Shown here: positions 1 through 11,740 of the stretch, one piece after another
How positions within the stretch are numbered: the first letter of the stretch is position 1
Layout of the letters: every line of letters begins with the position of its first letter
Made by a program: the position numbers and the translations under genes
DNA from: Vicugna vicugna
Taxonomy: Eukaryota
Reading direction: 5' to 3'
DNA length: 64,000 bases
Assembly (NCBI GenBank): GCA_013265495.1
Contig: MU057416.1
Coordinates: forward strand, 1,358,545 to 1,422,544
The notes under the pieces: generated by a model
What the model was told of the DNA's origin: nothing
Database searches by the model: none
The model's input: the letters and a program-made list of their open reading frames with translations, nothing else

Positions 1-1234
1 GAAATTATCAAAACGTCTTCTTATCTATTCCTTATCTAGAACCAAGTGATGCTGTGTTTATAAAAGGAAAAAAATGACTAAAACTTAGATTATTTATAAA
101 TTAATAAGTTAGTAAGTTTCAGCTAACCTAATAGTTTCATAGAAAAAAATGGCAGAAAGGAGCCACAGGATTTTTAAGACATCCATTTCCAAAGTGAAAA
201 CTAAGTTTATGATTGCTCTGCTCTGTTCTAATCAAATGTACTCTAGGGACCATTTTAAAAGGATAATTCATTTCACACGGTCCTCGGTATCTTCCAAGTG
301 TTTATTTCTCCCCTTCCAACAGACACTCCTTGAAACGCACTGCAATTCCACCAGGTGAAAACTGTTTTCTTCAGAAAAAGATCTTTGACCCATGTTTTAC
401 TAGACGCCTGTAACGGTGTCGCCCAGCACCTGAAGCCCCCCGAAGGGTCTGGGGCGGCTGTTGCTGAAACACAGGGAGAAACCGACCATACGTGAAGAAA
501 GAATTTAAAAATAACAGCTGTCCTGTGAAGCTCAAATGTTCTAGGTGTGTTTATCAGAAACGAACTCTTTCAAAGCCCAAGTCAGGTCAGGGTCGGGCAG
601 TGGTTGCTGCTAGTTCTGGGCCGGACTCCCCCTCTCCTCACAATCGGAACAGCCCTAACACACATTCATTCTACGTGTCGCTGAGCAACGCCCCCACCTG
701 CTCTTGCCAGTATTCGACGAGAAAATACATTCTTTCTTTTGGTATATTCAGCCCCAGTCATTTGTGTTCTCAATGTTTTATTACAAGGCGAGTACATGGG
801 AGGAAGGAGGTGGGGCGAGTACATTCGATCTTTTAAACAATTATTTATACCTGGCTTATAAACAGAACCACTAACTGAATCATGAAAGGCAATTCTACAA
901 ATATTTTTAACTTCTGCTCTCACGTTCAGCTGCCAGAATCCTGGCTGGTATTTCAGTACCGAACACTTTTAACAAACAGTACTTTCAGAGGGTTCAAAAT
1001 TTTTTTGCGTGTTAGTTCCAGACGGAGTACTGGTTCAGCTGGGTGAATGACTGGACAGATTCCAGAGCGGCCATTTCTCACCAAATCATGCAGCGCACGT
1101 ACAGCCTAGTCTCCGTTTCACAGGCGTCCGCACTAGCACTCCGGTGCGAGCACCCGTGTCGCTCACCAGTGGTCCTCCTCTCTTCCTGCCAAGTATCAGC
1201 TTGTTTTAGAGGTTTAATAAAATCTGAGTGGACA

Positions 1235-1349
1235 GGGGGAGGGCGTAGCTCAAGTGGTAGAGTGTGTGCTTAGCATGCATGACGAGGTTGTGGGTTCAGC
1301 CCCCAGTGCCTCCTCTAAAAACGAGTAAGTAAACCTAATTACCCTCCCC
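1235..1349 (+). mobile_element. tRNA-derived SINE (camelid Vic-1-like)
   Basis: A box tagctcaagtgg, B-box-like gggttcagccc, aaacctaattacc tail; 16-bp TSD aaaatctgagtg(g/a)aca at 1219-1234 and 1350-1365. Confidence 0.9.
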
Positions 1350-1714
1350 AAAATCTGAGTGAACAAAATGAAAAACTGTGATTTTTATTCATTCTACCAG
1401 TCTTCTCTAGAAATCTCACCAAACCACATTTTAATTCTGCCTTCACAACACACGCCTAGGCGTCCCCAGAGTAACCCACAGGGACCACCAGCAGCGTGCC
1501 AGTCCTCCAGGCGCATCTCCTCCGGGCCCTGAAAACCTGCAAACCCAGGAGCACGGTACACACGTCCATCGGTGCCATCCCCTGAGCCGCCGTCCCCTCT
1601 TGCCTTCCCGCAGAGGTGCCTCCTTGCCTTCCAGAGATGAACCTGTCACCACAGCTCTAACACTTTGTTCTGAACATGTTACACTGTGCTCAGCATTTAT
1701 AGGATTTTTACATT

Positions 1715-2768
1715 CAGCTCTCACTAACCTCCAAAAAGGAACTCTCTTTCAAATGTTTGCACTCGGCTTTCTGGTAGGAAGAGCCCGGTTTATGTGCAAC
1801 CAAACGTAAAATGCTTCTATTGCTGGTCTTGTCAATTGTGCAATCCACCCTTTAAAAATTAATCTAAAATGTCACTTTCAGACTTAAAAACCTGTATCCC
1901 AGTAAATCCTGAACAAACCATGTTAAATCTAGTCATAACCTAATTTTTCTCTTACTGAAAATAAAGCAGTTTGAAAAGTTAGAGTGTAATTACTCTTGCA
2001 AATTTTCTAAACTAAACCTTTAAGAGATCAGCAAGTTACCAACATAAACACTTATTTAAAAAAACACACAGCTAACTATTCCAAGTGTGACTGAGTGTGG
2101 AGGCATATGTGGTGTCTTAGTGGACTTCATCTAAAAACCAAAAACAAAACGCTAAACGTTTGTCTTAACTTTTGTGGGACTGCCCCCCAGGACTAAAGGA
2201 GTAACACCCCGCAGTAACGCACCTCACAGACAGCAGAGCCCTTCACGGCACTGACACGGCTGTAAGACGTTTGCTGGAAGGCTCCTTAGAGCAAAAGCGA
2301 ACAGCAGCACCAGAGCGAGCGTTCGCGTGTTTCGAGGCCTCTGTGCAGCTCCGTGGGCCTCGCGGGGTCTTTTCTGCGGTGCTTCTGACTGAGGGAGATA
2401 CACATACCGGGTCTATTAAATGCAAACATCCTCATCCATTTGCCACATGAAAACTCCAGGTCTCACCTCAGTCTGCTTCCTAGTGGCCAGGAGGCATTTG
2501 TTTTCTGGGCCACTAAGCAGAAGCCTCAGAAAGGACTCTCCCAGTCCCATGGACCAAGGTCACGGCTGTCCACCCCGGAGACCCGTAATGACACTGATTT
2601 ACAGCTCTCATTAATGTCCAAAAAGGAACTCTCTTTCAAATGTTTGCACTTGGCTTCCTGGTAGAAGAGCCTGGTTTATGCGCAACCAAACATAAAATGG
2701 TTCCATTGCTGGTCTTGTCAGTTGGGCAATCCACCCTTAAAAATTTCAGACTTAAAAACCTGTATCCC
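1715..2768 (+). repeat. Local direct duplication (1715-1900 and 2602-2768)
   Basis: Both copies read cagctctca..ccaaaaaggaactctctttcaaatgtttgcact..attgctggtcttgtca..ttcagacttaaaaacctgtatccc. Confidence 0.93.
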
Positions 2769-5700
2769 CCAGATCGAGATTTAAAACTTTAGCCCTCAAC
2801 TAAAACTTTTAAGTTTGTGGATAGATAATGCTTATAAAATATGATTCTTATTTAAACTAGAATGAACAGATGAGCCAGTCACAAGTTAAAATTAAACATT
2901 CTGCAAAGCAAAACTTAAAAATTATTAATTAGGAAGCTTCCAACTTTTTGCAATAACTTTTCCTTTGTCATAACAAAGGATGCCTTTCTATACTGCACTG
3001 GGAAATTTCTTTTTTCTCTTTTTGACAAGTCAGGTACCTAGACTCAGAGCTTTTGTCTCAATTCCTAAATTCTGTGCATATTCACTCAATCACATGTAAC
3101 AATAATTTTGCCTACAGCTGTTTTGGTAAGAAAGTTAAAATTCCCACCAACCAATGGAAGCTGTGATTCCAAGTTACTAAAGGAAAGATATATAGACACA
3201 AAGATTAGCCATCCTTTTTCTAGATTGGGAATGTAAACAGAAGTTCACCACAGTCGTCTGCTGAGTTATTTATTAATTGTTCCACAACAGGACCAAAGTT
3301 CACACCAAACTAAAGTACCAAAAGAACCTGACCTGGAAGATGACAAAACAAGGGCTGAGCTTCTCAGTCACAGATCCCCCTAAACCCTCCGCATCACCTG
3401 AACCCTCCAGGGCCCCTGTCAGTACTCAAGTAAGTTTTATGGTCCCTGTTTCTCTTCAAAACCTATTCCTTTTCTTCTGTATTCTCAGATCTCCTTGGCC
3501 TCCTTCCCATGACTCACCACCTCTGCCCATCACTCAAAAACACAGGGAGCAAGTTTTCCCCTTTGGCGTATAGGGTCCAAATCATTACATTTTTCTCTGG
3601 CTGTTTACCTACATTTCCCAAGAGGTAACTATTTCAACATAAACCATGCTGTATTTACAAGGCTTATCTTGCACGGTGCATTTCAGCCCAGCTAACCGCT
3701 CGGGCGGCCTGAGGCACAGGCTTCATGTTGTCAAGAACTCAGTGTTACTCCTCGAAGGCAGGAAGGTCCGGGCTGGCCGTGGGCTTTCATTTTGGCCAAT
3801 ACACTTACGCGGGAAGCCACTTCCGTGCAACCCAAGGAGCACAGCCGTCGGCTGCAGTTACCGTGTGCCGTCAACACACTTCTTTGTTGAAGGAGAAGAC
3901 AGAACTATTGTCAAGACTAGCATCTCGATGGTACTTATTATCAGATGGGAAACTGCAGAGACTTACCAATTCTATTCGTTATTTGATCAGCTGACAAGTC
4001 TCTATGGCTTTATGTAACCTAAATGTGTTCCATAAACGCTGAGTAATTAATTAAACAGCAGATAAAGACATTTTTAAGTAAACTTAATATTGGATGTTTT
4101 TGAAGTTTAGGTATCGACTTTCTAAGTTCTCTGTAGAATAAAAGTCCAATGTTTAGGCAGACTTCTAAAACAAGGATTCTTAACCCGGGTCCATAGGTTA
4201 AGAGTTTTTTATCAAGTGGAGAGGGGTGTCCTTGTGAACATGTAGACTAACTTGTAAATTCTCGTATGCAAATGTATTTCTGCTACCCATCCGCCATCAG
4301 ATGCCCAAAGAGCCCGAGACCCTAAAAATGCTATGCACGCCCTCCCTTGAGTGAGCCCAAAGGTTCACAAAAAATGTAAACAGAATCTCTTAAGTTAGGC
4401 ACACTCACATATGGCCAATACTTTCTTAAAAAGCAAAACAGTTACAAGAAAAATGATTTTAAAAGTGTATGCCCTCTTTATGGCGATAATCTCTTTTAAA
4501 ACTAACTATAATCCTGCCGAGGATTTTTTTTTAGATTTCTTTAATCAAAGGTAAGACAACAGAATTCCCACATGCTGTCTTCATGCCAATGTTCGTTTTA
4601 AGTAATAAAGTATTGAGGACATAAAAACGTAACAAGTGGAAATGATTAAACGTTGTTCCTCAAGAGCTTTCAGGAACTCTTCTTTATCATCTCATAGAAG
4701 GCACAGGCAGACTGGAAGCCAGCACAGAACGCTCCTCTGACAGGCCGGAGGGCTCTCCTAACAAGAACACTTGCGGGACACGCCGCGTAACCTCCCCCAG
4801 GTCCTGCACGGGGCACGTCACTGCACTGACAAAGCAACCTTGCATCACATTTCAAAAATGAAATCCTGTCATGATGTGTCACAGAAAACACGAAGACCAT
4901 AAAACTCTGAAAATGACAGTTTTCAGATGTAGCTTACTCTAAAAATATAACTTTCTGAAGTTCTGAAGCTGTTCTTCTCTGAGGGGAAGTTCTTCAGTTC
5001 AGCAAGAAGTCAGGAACTCAGCAGCTAAGAATTGTGTACGTCCCCACAAGGCCACACAGCTCAAACTGTCACCCAGTTCAGGCTTCCACGCTCCTAGTGA
5101 CAGGTGACCACAAAATGCCTGACATGAAGAATGAGCAAAAAGCTGTGCCTGTCTCACCTGGTGAGTATAGCACAGAAAACTAAATGAGGTAGAAATATCT
5201 GTACACTGTCTGCAATTTTTTAGAAACATTAAAGATAAGTACAGATTTCTTCTCCACATTTGTTTTCATTACTGAATGACACAATCTCACAAGCTACCGG
5301 CCAGCGACTGCCGAATTTCAGTAGTCCTTACCCTGCACTTACAGCAGCAAATGAGAACTCCAAGCAGCTTCCTAGTTCATACCCTAGTATCTTACAAGTA
5401 AAAACCTTAAATTTAAAAATCAGATTCAGATACAGACATTCCACCCTAGGGGGAAAAAGGGGGGGTGTCAGTGGATAAAAAGATGAATGTTAGAGTTAAT
5501 CCAGAGCAGAGAAATGAGTCATCTTTGCAGAGAAATCAAGGGTTGGGTTTCAATGCAGAATCAAGAGATTCCGCTTGGCACTCCTGTTCAAGAAAACGGC
5601 ATCATCTAGGGAAGGATGTTGGCAAAGAGAAAACAAAGGGCCCAAAAGTAGATACCTCTCTACGGAGAAGTCCGTGTTTATGCTTAAAACAAATAACTCA

Positions 5701-6432
5701 TCATTTATCTACACAGTATCATATACAAAAAAGGCAAAGCCTCAGAAACCTGTTCTCCCCTTTAATACTTTTACTGTAATTCTTCAATGTTTGTGGTCAC
5801 TAGATTTCAGAGCATCATTCTCTCATAGATTTTACACAGACCTACAATTTTTTCTTCTTTATCGTTAAAAGTTAACATATTCACTGATTTTCAAACGCAT
5901 TCCCTGCAGCCGCAACACTTACATGTCTTGGCTCTCTCCTCCTAATATCTATACTCAGACCCTTTTGAAACAGTTAAACTATGACTTAACAATCCCTTTT
6001 TTTTCCTACTAAAAATGCTCAGGACCACTTTTATTTGTGTCATACTGTTATTTTATTACAACCTTTTGGAGGCAAAAAAAAAAATTCACCTAGAACCAAA
6101 AGATACTGGACTCTGATTTAAAGTGAAACCTCAATAAATAACCTCTCCAGAGTAGTATTTAGGACGGCTGACCCAGAGTTCAGTAAAACATGTTCTAATT
6201 TACATAATGTTAAACGCCTCAAACTGAAGAAAACATCCAACCGAATTTTCAAATAAAACAAACCCAGAAACATGAGGCGCAAGTTTAACACACACACAAA
6301 AGCCCCAGTCCCCACACTGCAGGATACAGCGACGTGAGTATTTCCATGAAACGGCGTTAACAGAAAAATCTGAAAAACGTGACTGGATATTAAGTGATCT
6401 CTCCTTTCTTCAATGTTGTGATTAACAGGTCT

Positions 6433-6438
6433 TTTATT
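6433..6438 (-). terminator. Distal polyadenylation signal of ZNF281
   Basis: tttatt on plus (AATAAA on minus), about 2.06 kb past the stop codon; TGTA elements upstream on the minus strand. Confidence 0.65.
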
Positions 6439-7768
6439 GGTAGTAAACAAGAGCAAACAATCAGAATAGTACATATGCAGTATTCAGTACACACAATAAA
6501 AGTTAAAGGAATTCAAAACCTGTATAAAACAAAACGCTGGAGGGAGACCACACAGCTCAGAGACACAGCGGTAACGGGCCTCTCCGTCCTCTGATTACAG
6601 CTTGTGCTCTGTCCCCAACAGAACTCGCCGCGCTGACCAAAACAGACTTTTTAGTACTGCGTGTATTTAAGAAGATTACACACATTTTCGAAGAATCTTG
6701 CAATGACAAATAAGTGACCTTTAGCTGGTAAAGCAGACTTAAGGGAGGAAAGCAGGGAAAGGAAATTAACTAGTATTTTGTAACCATTTTTAATAATTTC
6801 TCATTTTCCAAACACTGCCTTCGTAACAGAAGTGTTTCACACGTGCACAGTATTAATTACTTTATTATACATGGAAGCCTGCGGGAGGCTGATGACACAG
6901 TAAGACTGCAAACAACCAGTGGCACTTTTCTGACGTCAGAAGAGTACCTAAGACTGAAACATCACCAAAAGTACACAAAAAAACTCATCAGCATAAACAT
7001 CAAAGTACATTAAAAAATATAATCAGAAAAAAAAATACAATTGCTAAAAAGTGGTTTAGAGCAGAGCCACTGTCCACCAGTAGCTTCAAATGGCAATTAG
7101 CGTTCATAGCAAGGTTTGATGACTTTACACGACCCCGTACAATACTGACTGACGCACCCTTTCAAAACGTACGTTAAACAGGCTGCAACTTCTCAGAGAG
7201 GTTCCGATGTTACCCCCAAGTGAGACGCTCTCACCCCTCCCGTTGGCTTTGTCACCAGCTGGAATTACAACCTTCTTACTGGCTGTCTGTAGCTCTGAGC
7301 ATGGGGGCTTTATGCTACATGGACACCTGCAAGGGCTCTGTTCTTCAAAAGGGGGCGGGGGGATGCTAACCCTACGGTTTAGTATTTGGATGCCAGAAGG
7401 CATATGAAACGCACAGCCAATTACCTATTGGAATGTGACTCATTCTAAAGTCGAAACTGTCAAGACAGGGAGCAGAAGGAACAAGCAGGCCCAGGACTCT
7501 GCGCGAGAGGACGTGTTAAGAACAAAGACAACAATGAAAGAAAAAACCCGTAAGTGTGGGTGACATGTAGTAAAAGACAGGGAACAGAGTTTTAGGCCAT
7601 GTATGACAAACGGCACATACCCAGATTTTCCAAGAATGATGTAATTCCAGCTTGGGTTCTAATACTGGCACCAACCAGCCACCTGGGCATCAACACTGTG
7701 CCCACCAGCCCCTGACCGGCCTTGTCACAGTTGGGGTAAGGAAAGGGTGCTTTTTTTTCCCTCCTTCT

Positions 7769-7774
7769 TTTATT
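7769..7774 (-). terminator. Proximal polyadenylation signal candidate of ZNF281
   Basis: tttatt on plus, about 720 nt past the stop codon. Confidence 0.5.
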
Positions 7775-7910
7775 AAAGCTATCATTCCAGGCTTTGATCA
7801 AAGATCCAAGAATATTTGTTCTTCCAGGCTGGAATGAATGTGGTTTGGAAGTTCAGAGTACATTTAAAAGCTGCAACAAAGTACAGGTGGCCAACAATTC
7901 AGAATTTTGG

Positions 7911-8046
7911 ATCAGCCCAGATGGAGACAGCAATCTGAAATGTTTTCGATCCCTTACTTCAATGATAAAACGTGTATCACATCAGCCCAGATAGAGCAAC
8001 TTGAAATGTTTTCGATCCCTTACCTAAATGATGAAATGCATATACT
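7911..8046. repeat. ~70-bp tandem duplication in the ZNF281 3'UTR
   Basis: atcagcccagat..tgaaatgttttcgatcccttac at 7911-7980 and 7981-~8046. Confidence 0.92.
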
Positions 8047-8494
8047 ACCTGTAAATTGGATATTCCATTACAGTGATAACGTACAGAATTCCCATGCGTT
8101 ATTACTTTCCTGAGAGTAAAGCAATTAGAATAACCTTAATCCTAACAACAAAGTTTTTTTTTATGTGGTTTTTTTTTTGTTTTTTTTTTATATGGTTTTT
8201 TTTTTTTTGCATTTAAAACTTTTGGGCTATTCCCTGACAATCTATACATGTAAATTTGATTGCTAAACATTGTCACTTCGAATGTCAAACTATTTTAATC
8301 TATTGATTTTGATTAAAAATCATAATACAAACAGAGCTAAAATCACGCTAACAAAATAAACTAAATATGAAAAGTTGCATTGAAAGGGCATTACATTATT
8401 CTTAATAGGATCGCGTAGAAACATTCCAATGGCAGTGTTCTCGAAATAAAACGAAATCACATTAGAAGACCCCCAGCCTGGTCACTCCTGGGCC

Positions 8495-11128
8495 TTACCT
8501 GTAGCTCTGGCTGGTGGGCGTCTTTACCCTCGGACTACATGCTTCACTAACATCGGACATCATATTTGTATACCCTGAGAAATCTGACACCGAAGTCCTT
8601 GCTCTGTGGTCCACTTCTCCATTGGAGTTAGTGATAAAGGTCATTGGCACCCTGCTGCCCGACTTGAACTGAGAACCAAACGCCTGTGCGAAGTTCTCAA
8701 TCTGGTACGTCGTTCTAGGCTCTACGTCTTTCTGAGGATCTATCTGGCTGGCTAACTCCTGAGATGGGATCTGAAAGCTTGTTGAGGACTCCAAGTTTTT
8801 CTGCTGTTCCTTCTGGCTAGTCAGTTTCTGAGATGAGGACTGGAAGGCCGAAGAAGTCTCTAAATTCTTCTGAGAATCTATCAGATCATCCAGCTCCTGG
8901 GAAGGGGTCAACTGCTGATGTGTGGCATCCAAAGCAGATAAATAAAGACCTGGCTGCGATCCAAACAACATCCCAAAAGGAGGCTTTGGCAACGAAGATG
9001 GCAACACTGAGGTAACAGACTGGCCGAAACCACACTCCAGAGGAGATGTAGTGTATATCTGTTTTTCTGGAAACAAAGTGTGGTTGTGGAGAGGTGATGA
9101 CAGGCTGACAAACTGGAACCCGTGGCCGAGAGCGAACCCTGCGTTCGTGGACTTTTCAAAAGCCTGCTGGAGGTATTTGGAGTATTCTTGCAGCATGCTG
9201 GCCTTATCGCTGGAGGGCGTCTGGGCGCCTGGGCTCAAGCTCTCTTCTTGCACCAGCTCTGAGTGCTCTCCTGAGGTGTGCAAATCCACTCGTGGCTCCG
9301 TTATGCTGAAGGGATCCTCCTTCTGGCTCTCGGACTTGTTGGAGTACTGATCCAAAATACTCTGCAAAACCTCATCAGGAATTCCAGACTTGTCGTGACA
9401 AGACTTAATTTCCGCATTCAGGGCCGAGGAGTCAATAAGGGACAAGGGGGCCTCACTGTCCAAAACTCCGACGCCCGCAGACTGGATGACAGACTGCTGG
9501 GAGGCCATGTGTCCCACGCTCACGGAAAAGGCACTGTTGCTGCTGGCAGTCGGTAAGTATCTTCTTTTCTTCGAGAACTGCATGGCATCGTCGTAAGCAC
9601 TGCTCATTTGACCTTGTTTGCCACTTGCGCTCTGGAGGAGGCTAATGGTCTCCACGCCGCTGTTTGACGCAAGGCCAAGCGAGCCACCTGGTTTCCCAGA
9701 CAAGGACTTCTGTCCCACCATGTCTGGTAACGGTGACACGAAGTTCAGGTAGTTCTTCTCTGTACTCTTTCTGCTTCCCTTCTTAAAGATCAGTTTTGGC
9801 ACCCTTTTCTGTAGCTCATCGATACCAGTGCCGATCATGCCTCCGCTGGAAGACGCGGTGGGCATCTCTACCGAGTAACTCTGCAGGGTCATACTGCTCG
9901 GAACCTGCGAGTCGCTCGCTTTACCAGTCTTGTGTTCCTTGTTTTCAACTGCGATGCTCTTTGACTTCGCCTTTCTCCTCGAAGAGCTGGTGTTTCCCTG
10001 AGACAACACAGCCAGATTCCCCACGCTGTTGTGGCCAGACGCCCCGGGCTCTGCGCCGGGGGCGCCTTTCGCTATGGCTTCGCCACAGGTGCGCCTGTGC
10101 TTCAAGAGGCGATCTGTCCTTGAGAAATACTGCTGGCAAGTGTCACACTTGTATGGCTTTTCTCCACTGTGCGTCCTCTTGTGTCTCTCCATATGGTACT
10201 TCTGGATGAACTTCATGCTGCACTGGTCGCACCCGAACGGCTTCTCTCGACTGTGGATCTTCTCGTGTCTCTGCAGCAGGTACTTCTGGATGAAGCCCAT
10301 GCTGCACTGGCTGCACTGGAAGGGCCGCTCCCCGGTGTGGATGAGGACGTGCCTCCGCAGGTGGTAGGAGCTCCGGAAAGCGGCGCTACAGTGATCGCAG
10401 ATGTGAGGTTTCTGGCTGGGGGAGAGCAGGGCGCCTTCCCCGTCTCCCACCAGCGGCGGTTTGGAAGATGCGCTGGGCTTCCTCTTGGCTTTGATTCCCT
10501 GAGATTCTGGCTTTGGCCTCTTCGCCTTCTTGACGCTGGCGTCCGGCTTTGGCTCCTCGGGGCCGCGGGGGTCCTCGGTCGTCCGGCCGCCGCCGCCGCC
10601 GCCCAGCAGCACGTCGCGGGGGTGCGGGGCCGGCGGCGGCGGCGGCGGGTGCAGGACGCTCAGGTCCTGGATGACGCCGTGGCCGCCCCCGTCCCCGCCG
10701 CCCAGCGCCGGCGCCCGCTCGTCCGCCCCGGCGAACAGCCCCCCGAAGGCGTGGTGCGGGGGGGCGCCCGGCGGCTCCTCGGGCTCGGCCGGCTTCTCCT
10801 GCTTGATGCTGACCAGCGACTGCAGGAAGCCCCAGGAGGTCCTCTGCGCCGGGAAGGCCGCGCCGGGCGCCGCCGGCTCCTTCTTGAAAGTCACGTCCGG
10901 GGCGGGCGCCGGGGGGGGCTCAGCGGCCGGGGCCGCGGCCGGGGCGGCGGCCAGCACGCACTGCGGGGGAGGGGCGGCCGCGCCCGCCGGCCGGGCGAAG
11001 CTGGCGACCGGGGGCAGCCGGTGGTTGAACATGAGCATGCCCGGCGGGAAGCTGGGCTCCATCTCCGCCCGCCCGCCGCTGCCCGCGCCGCCGCCGCCGC
11101 CGCTCAGGAACGCGCTGCCGACTTTCAT
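8495..11128 (-). CDS. ZNF281: Zinc finger protein 281 (ZBP-99), 877 aa, coding region uninterrupted
   Basis: Within ORF 8495..11494. Recognisable N-terminus [13 protein letters not shown] (ATG = plus-strand cat 11126-11128). Four fingers HICDHC..H / FQCSQC..H / FGCDQC..H / YKCDTC..HRRTC with TGERPF/SREKPF/SGEKPY linkers (~10085-10405). C-terminus ..TPTSQSYR is typical of ZNF281. The 122 upstream codons start at TTG and are not counted. Confidence 0.97.
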   Translation of the reverse strand: MKVGSAFLSGGGGGAGSGGRAEMEPSFPPGMLMFNHRLPPVASFARPAGAAAPPPQCVLAAAPAAAPAAEPPPAPAPDVTFKKEPAAPGAAFPAQRTSWGFLQSLVSIKQEKPAEPEEPPGAPPHHAFGGLFAGADERAPALGGGDGGGHGVIQDLSVLHPPPPPPAPHPRDVLLGGGGGGRTTEDPRGPEEPKPDASVKKAKRPKPESQGIKAKRKPSASSKPPLVGDGEGALLSPSQKPHICDHCSAAFRSSYHLRRHVLIHTGERPFQCSQCSMGFIQKYLLQRHEKIHSREKPFGCDQCSMKFIQKYHMERHKRTHSGEKPYKCDTCQQYFSRTDRLLKHRRTCGEAIAKGAPGAEPGASGHNSVGNLAVLSQGNTSSSRRKAKSKSIAVENKEHKTGKASDSQVPSSMTLQSYSVEMPTASSSGGMIGTGIDELQKRVPKLIFKKGSRKSTEKNYLNFVSPLPDMVGQKSLSGKPGGSLGLASNSGVETISLLQSASGKQGQMSSAYDDAMQFSKKRRYLPTASSNSAFSVSVGHMASQQSVIQSAGVGVLDSEAPLSLIDSSALNAEIKSCHDKSGIPDEVLQSILDQYSNKSESQKEDPFSITEPRVDLHTSGEHSELVQEESLSPGAQTPSSDKASMLQEYSKYLQQAFEKSTNAGFALGHGFQFVSLSSPLHNHTLFPEKQIYTTSPLECGFGQSVTSVLPSSLPKPPFGMLFGSQPGLYLSALDATHQQLTPSQELDDLIDSQKNLETSSAFQSSSQKLTSQKEQQKNLESSTSFQIPSQELASQIDPQKDVEPRTTYQIENFAQAFGSQFKSGSRVPMTFITNSNGEVDHRARTSVSDFSGYTNMMSDVSEACSPRVKTPTSQSYR

Positions 11129-11740
11129 GCCCCGGAGCAGGCCTGGCTGCGGAGAGGAGAGAGGAGTGGGCCGGCCGCCGGGCCGCGGACCCCGCCGCCG
11201 CGCCCGCCCCGCGCCCGGCCCCGCGCCCAGCGGGCGCGATTGGCGGGCGCGCCTCTCGGGCGTCGGGGGCGGGACGCGCGGCGGACGGCGGCGGCGACGC
11301 GCCTGCGGAAGGCTGGGGAGGGGGCGCGGCGCAGGCCCACTGGGGGCCCGGGCTCTCGGGGGCCCGCCTGCGGCGCTCGGCGGGTGCTGCCCGCATCCCT
11401 CCGAGGCCGCGGGCGCCAGGGATGCGCAGGGCCGCGCCTCCTCCACACTCGAGGGATGAGCCGCTTTGAAACCGCAGCAGAGGTACCGTTGCAAAAAAAA
11501 AAAAAAAGTTGTCTTCCTGCCAAACTACCTGAAGGCTACTGGAAGAGGGAGGCGCGTGGGATCCAGGTGCGGCCGCGCTGGGAAGCACGCCCACACGCGC
11601 GCTCCGGCATCCTCAGAGGGTTTGGATGCCCGCGTGCCTGGGCCCGGGTACCGCCGCCCGGCCCCGCTTCACGGGGCGAAGGCGGCTGCCGGGCCCACCC
11701 CGCCCTTCCCCGCTGCAGAATACCGGGAAACGCAGACAAA
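9950..11740. promoter_or_regulatory. CpG island covering the ZNF281 promoter, 5'UTR and 5' CDS
   Basis: Very high GC and CpG density; GC boxes (ggggcggg), and gattggcgggc (CCAAT/E2F-like) near 11238-11248; abrupt return to AT-rich sequence after ~11740. Confidence 0.9.
11143..11170 (-). other. Splice acceptor of the 5'UTR intron of ZNF281
   Basis: Minus strand reads cccactcctctctcctctccgcAG|ccAG|gcctgctccggggcATG: a pyrimidine tract plus AG 18 nt (alternatively 14 nt) before the ATG. The donor was not identified. Confidence 0.6.

Larger units (their letters stand above)
6415..8494 (-). other. ZNF281: ZNF281 3'UTR (long form)
   Basis: AT-rich and free of interspersed repeats. Minus-strand AATAAA at 7769-7774, 6861-6866 and 6433-6438; UGUA motifs upstream of the distal signal; several miRNA seed matches. 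Confidence 0.75.

Noticed and set aside
1235..1310. tRNA genes at the SINE heads
   Set aside because: Degenerate stems, shared AT-rich tails and TSDs mark them as SINEs.
11129..11494. 122-codon N-terminal extension making ZNF281 999 aa
   Set aside because: Starts at TTG next to a poly-T run, crosses a splice acceptor and is low-complexity Arg/Pro/Ala; stop codons are simply rare in a CpG island.
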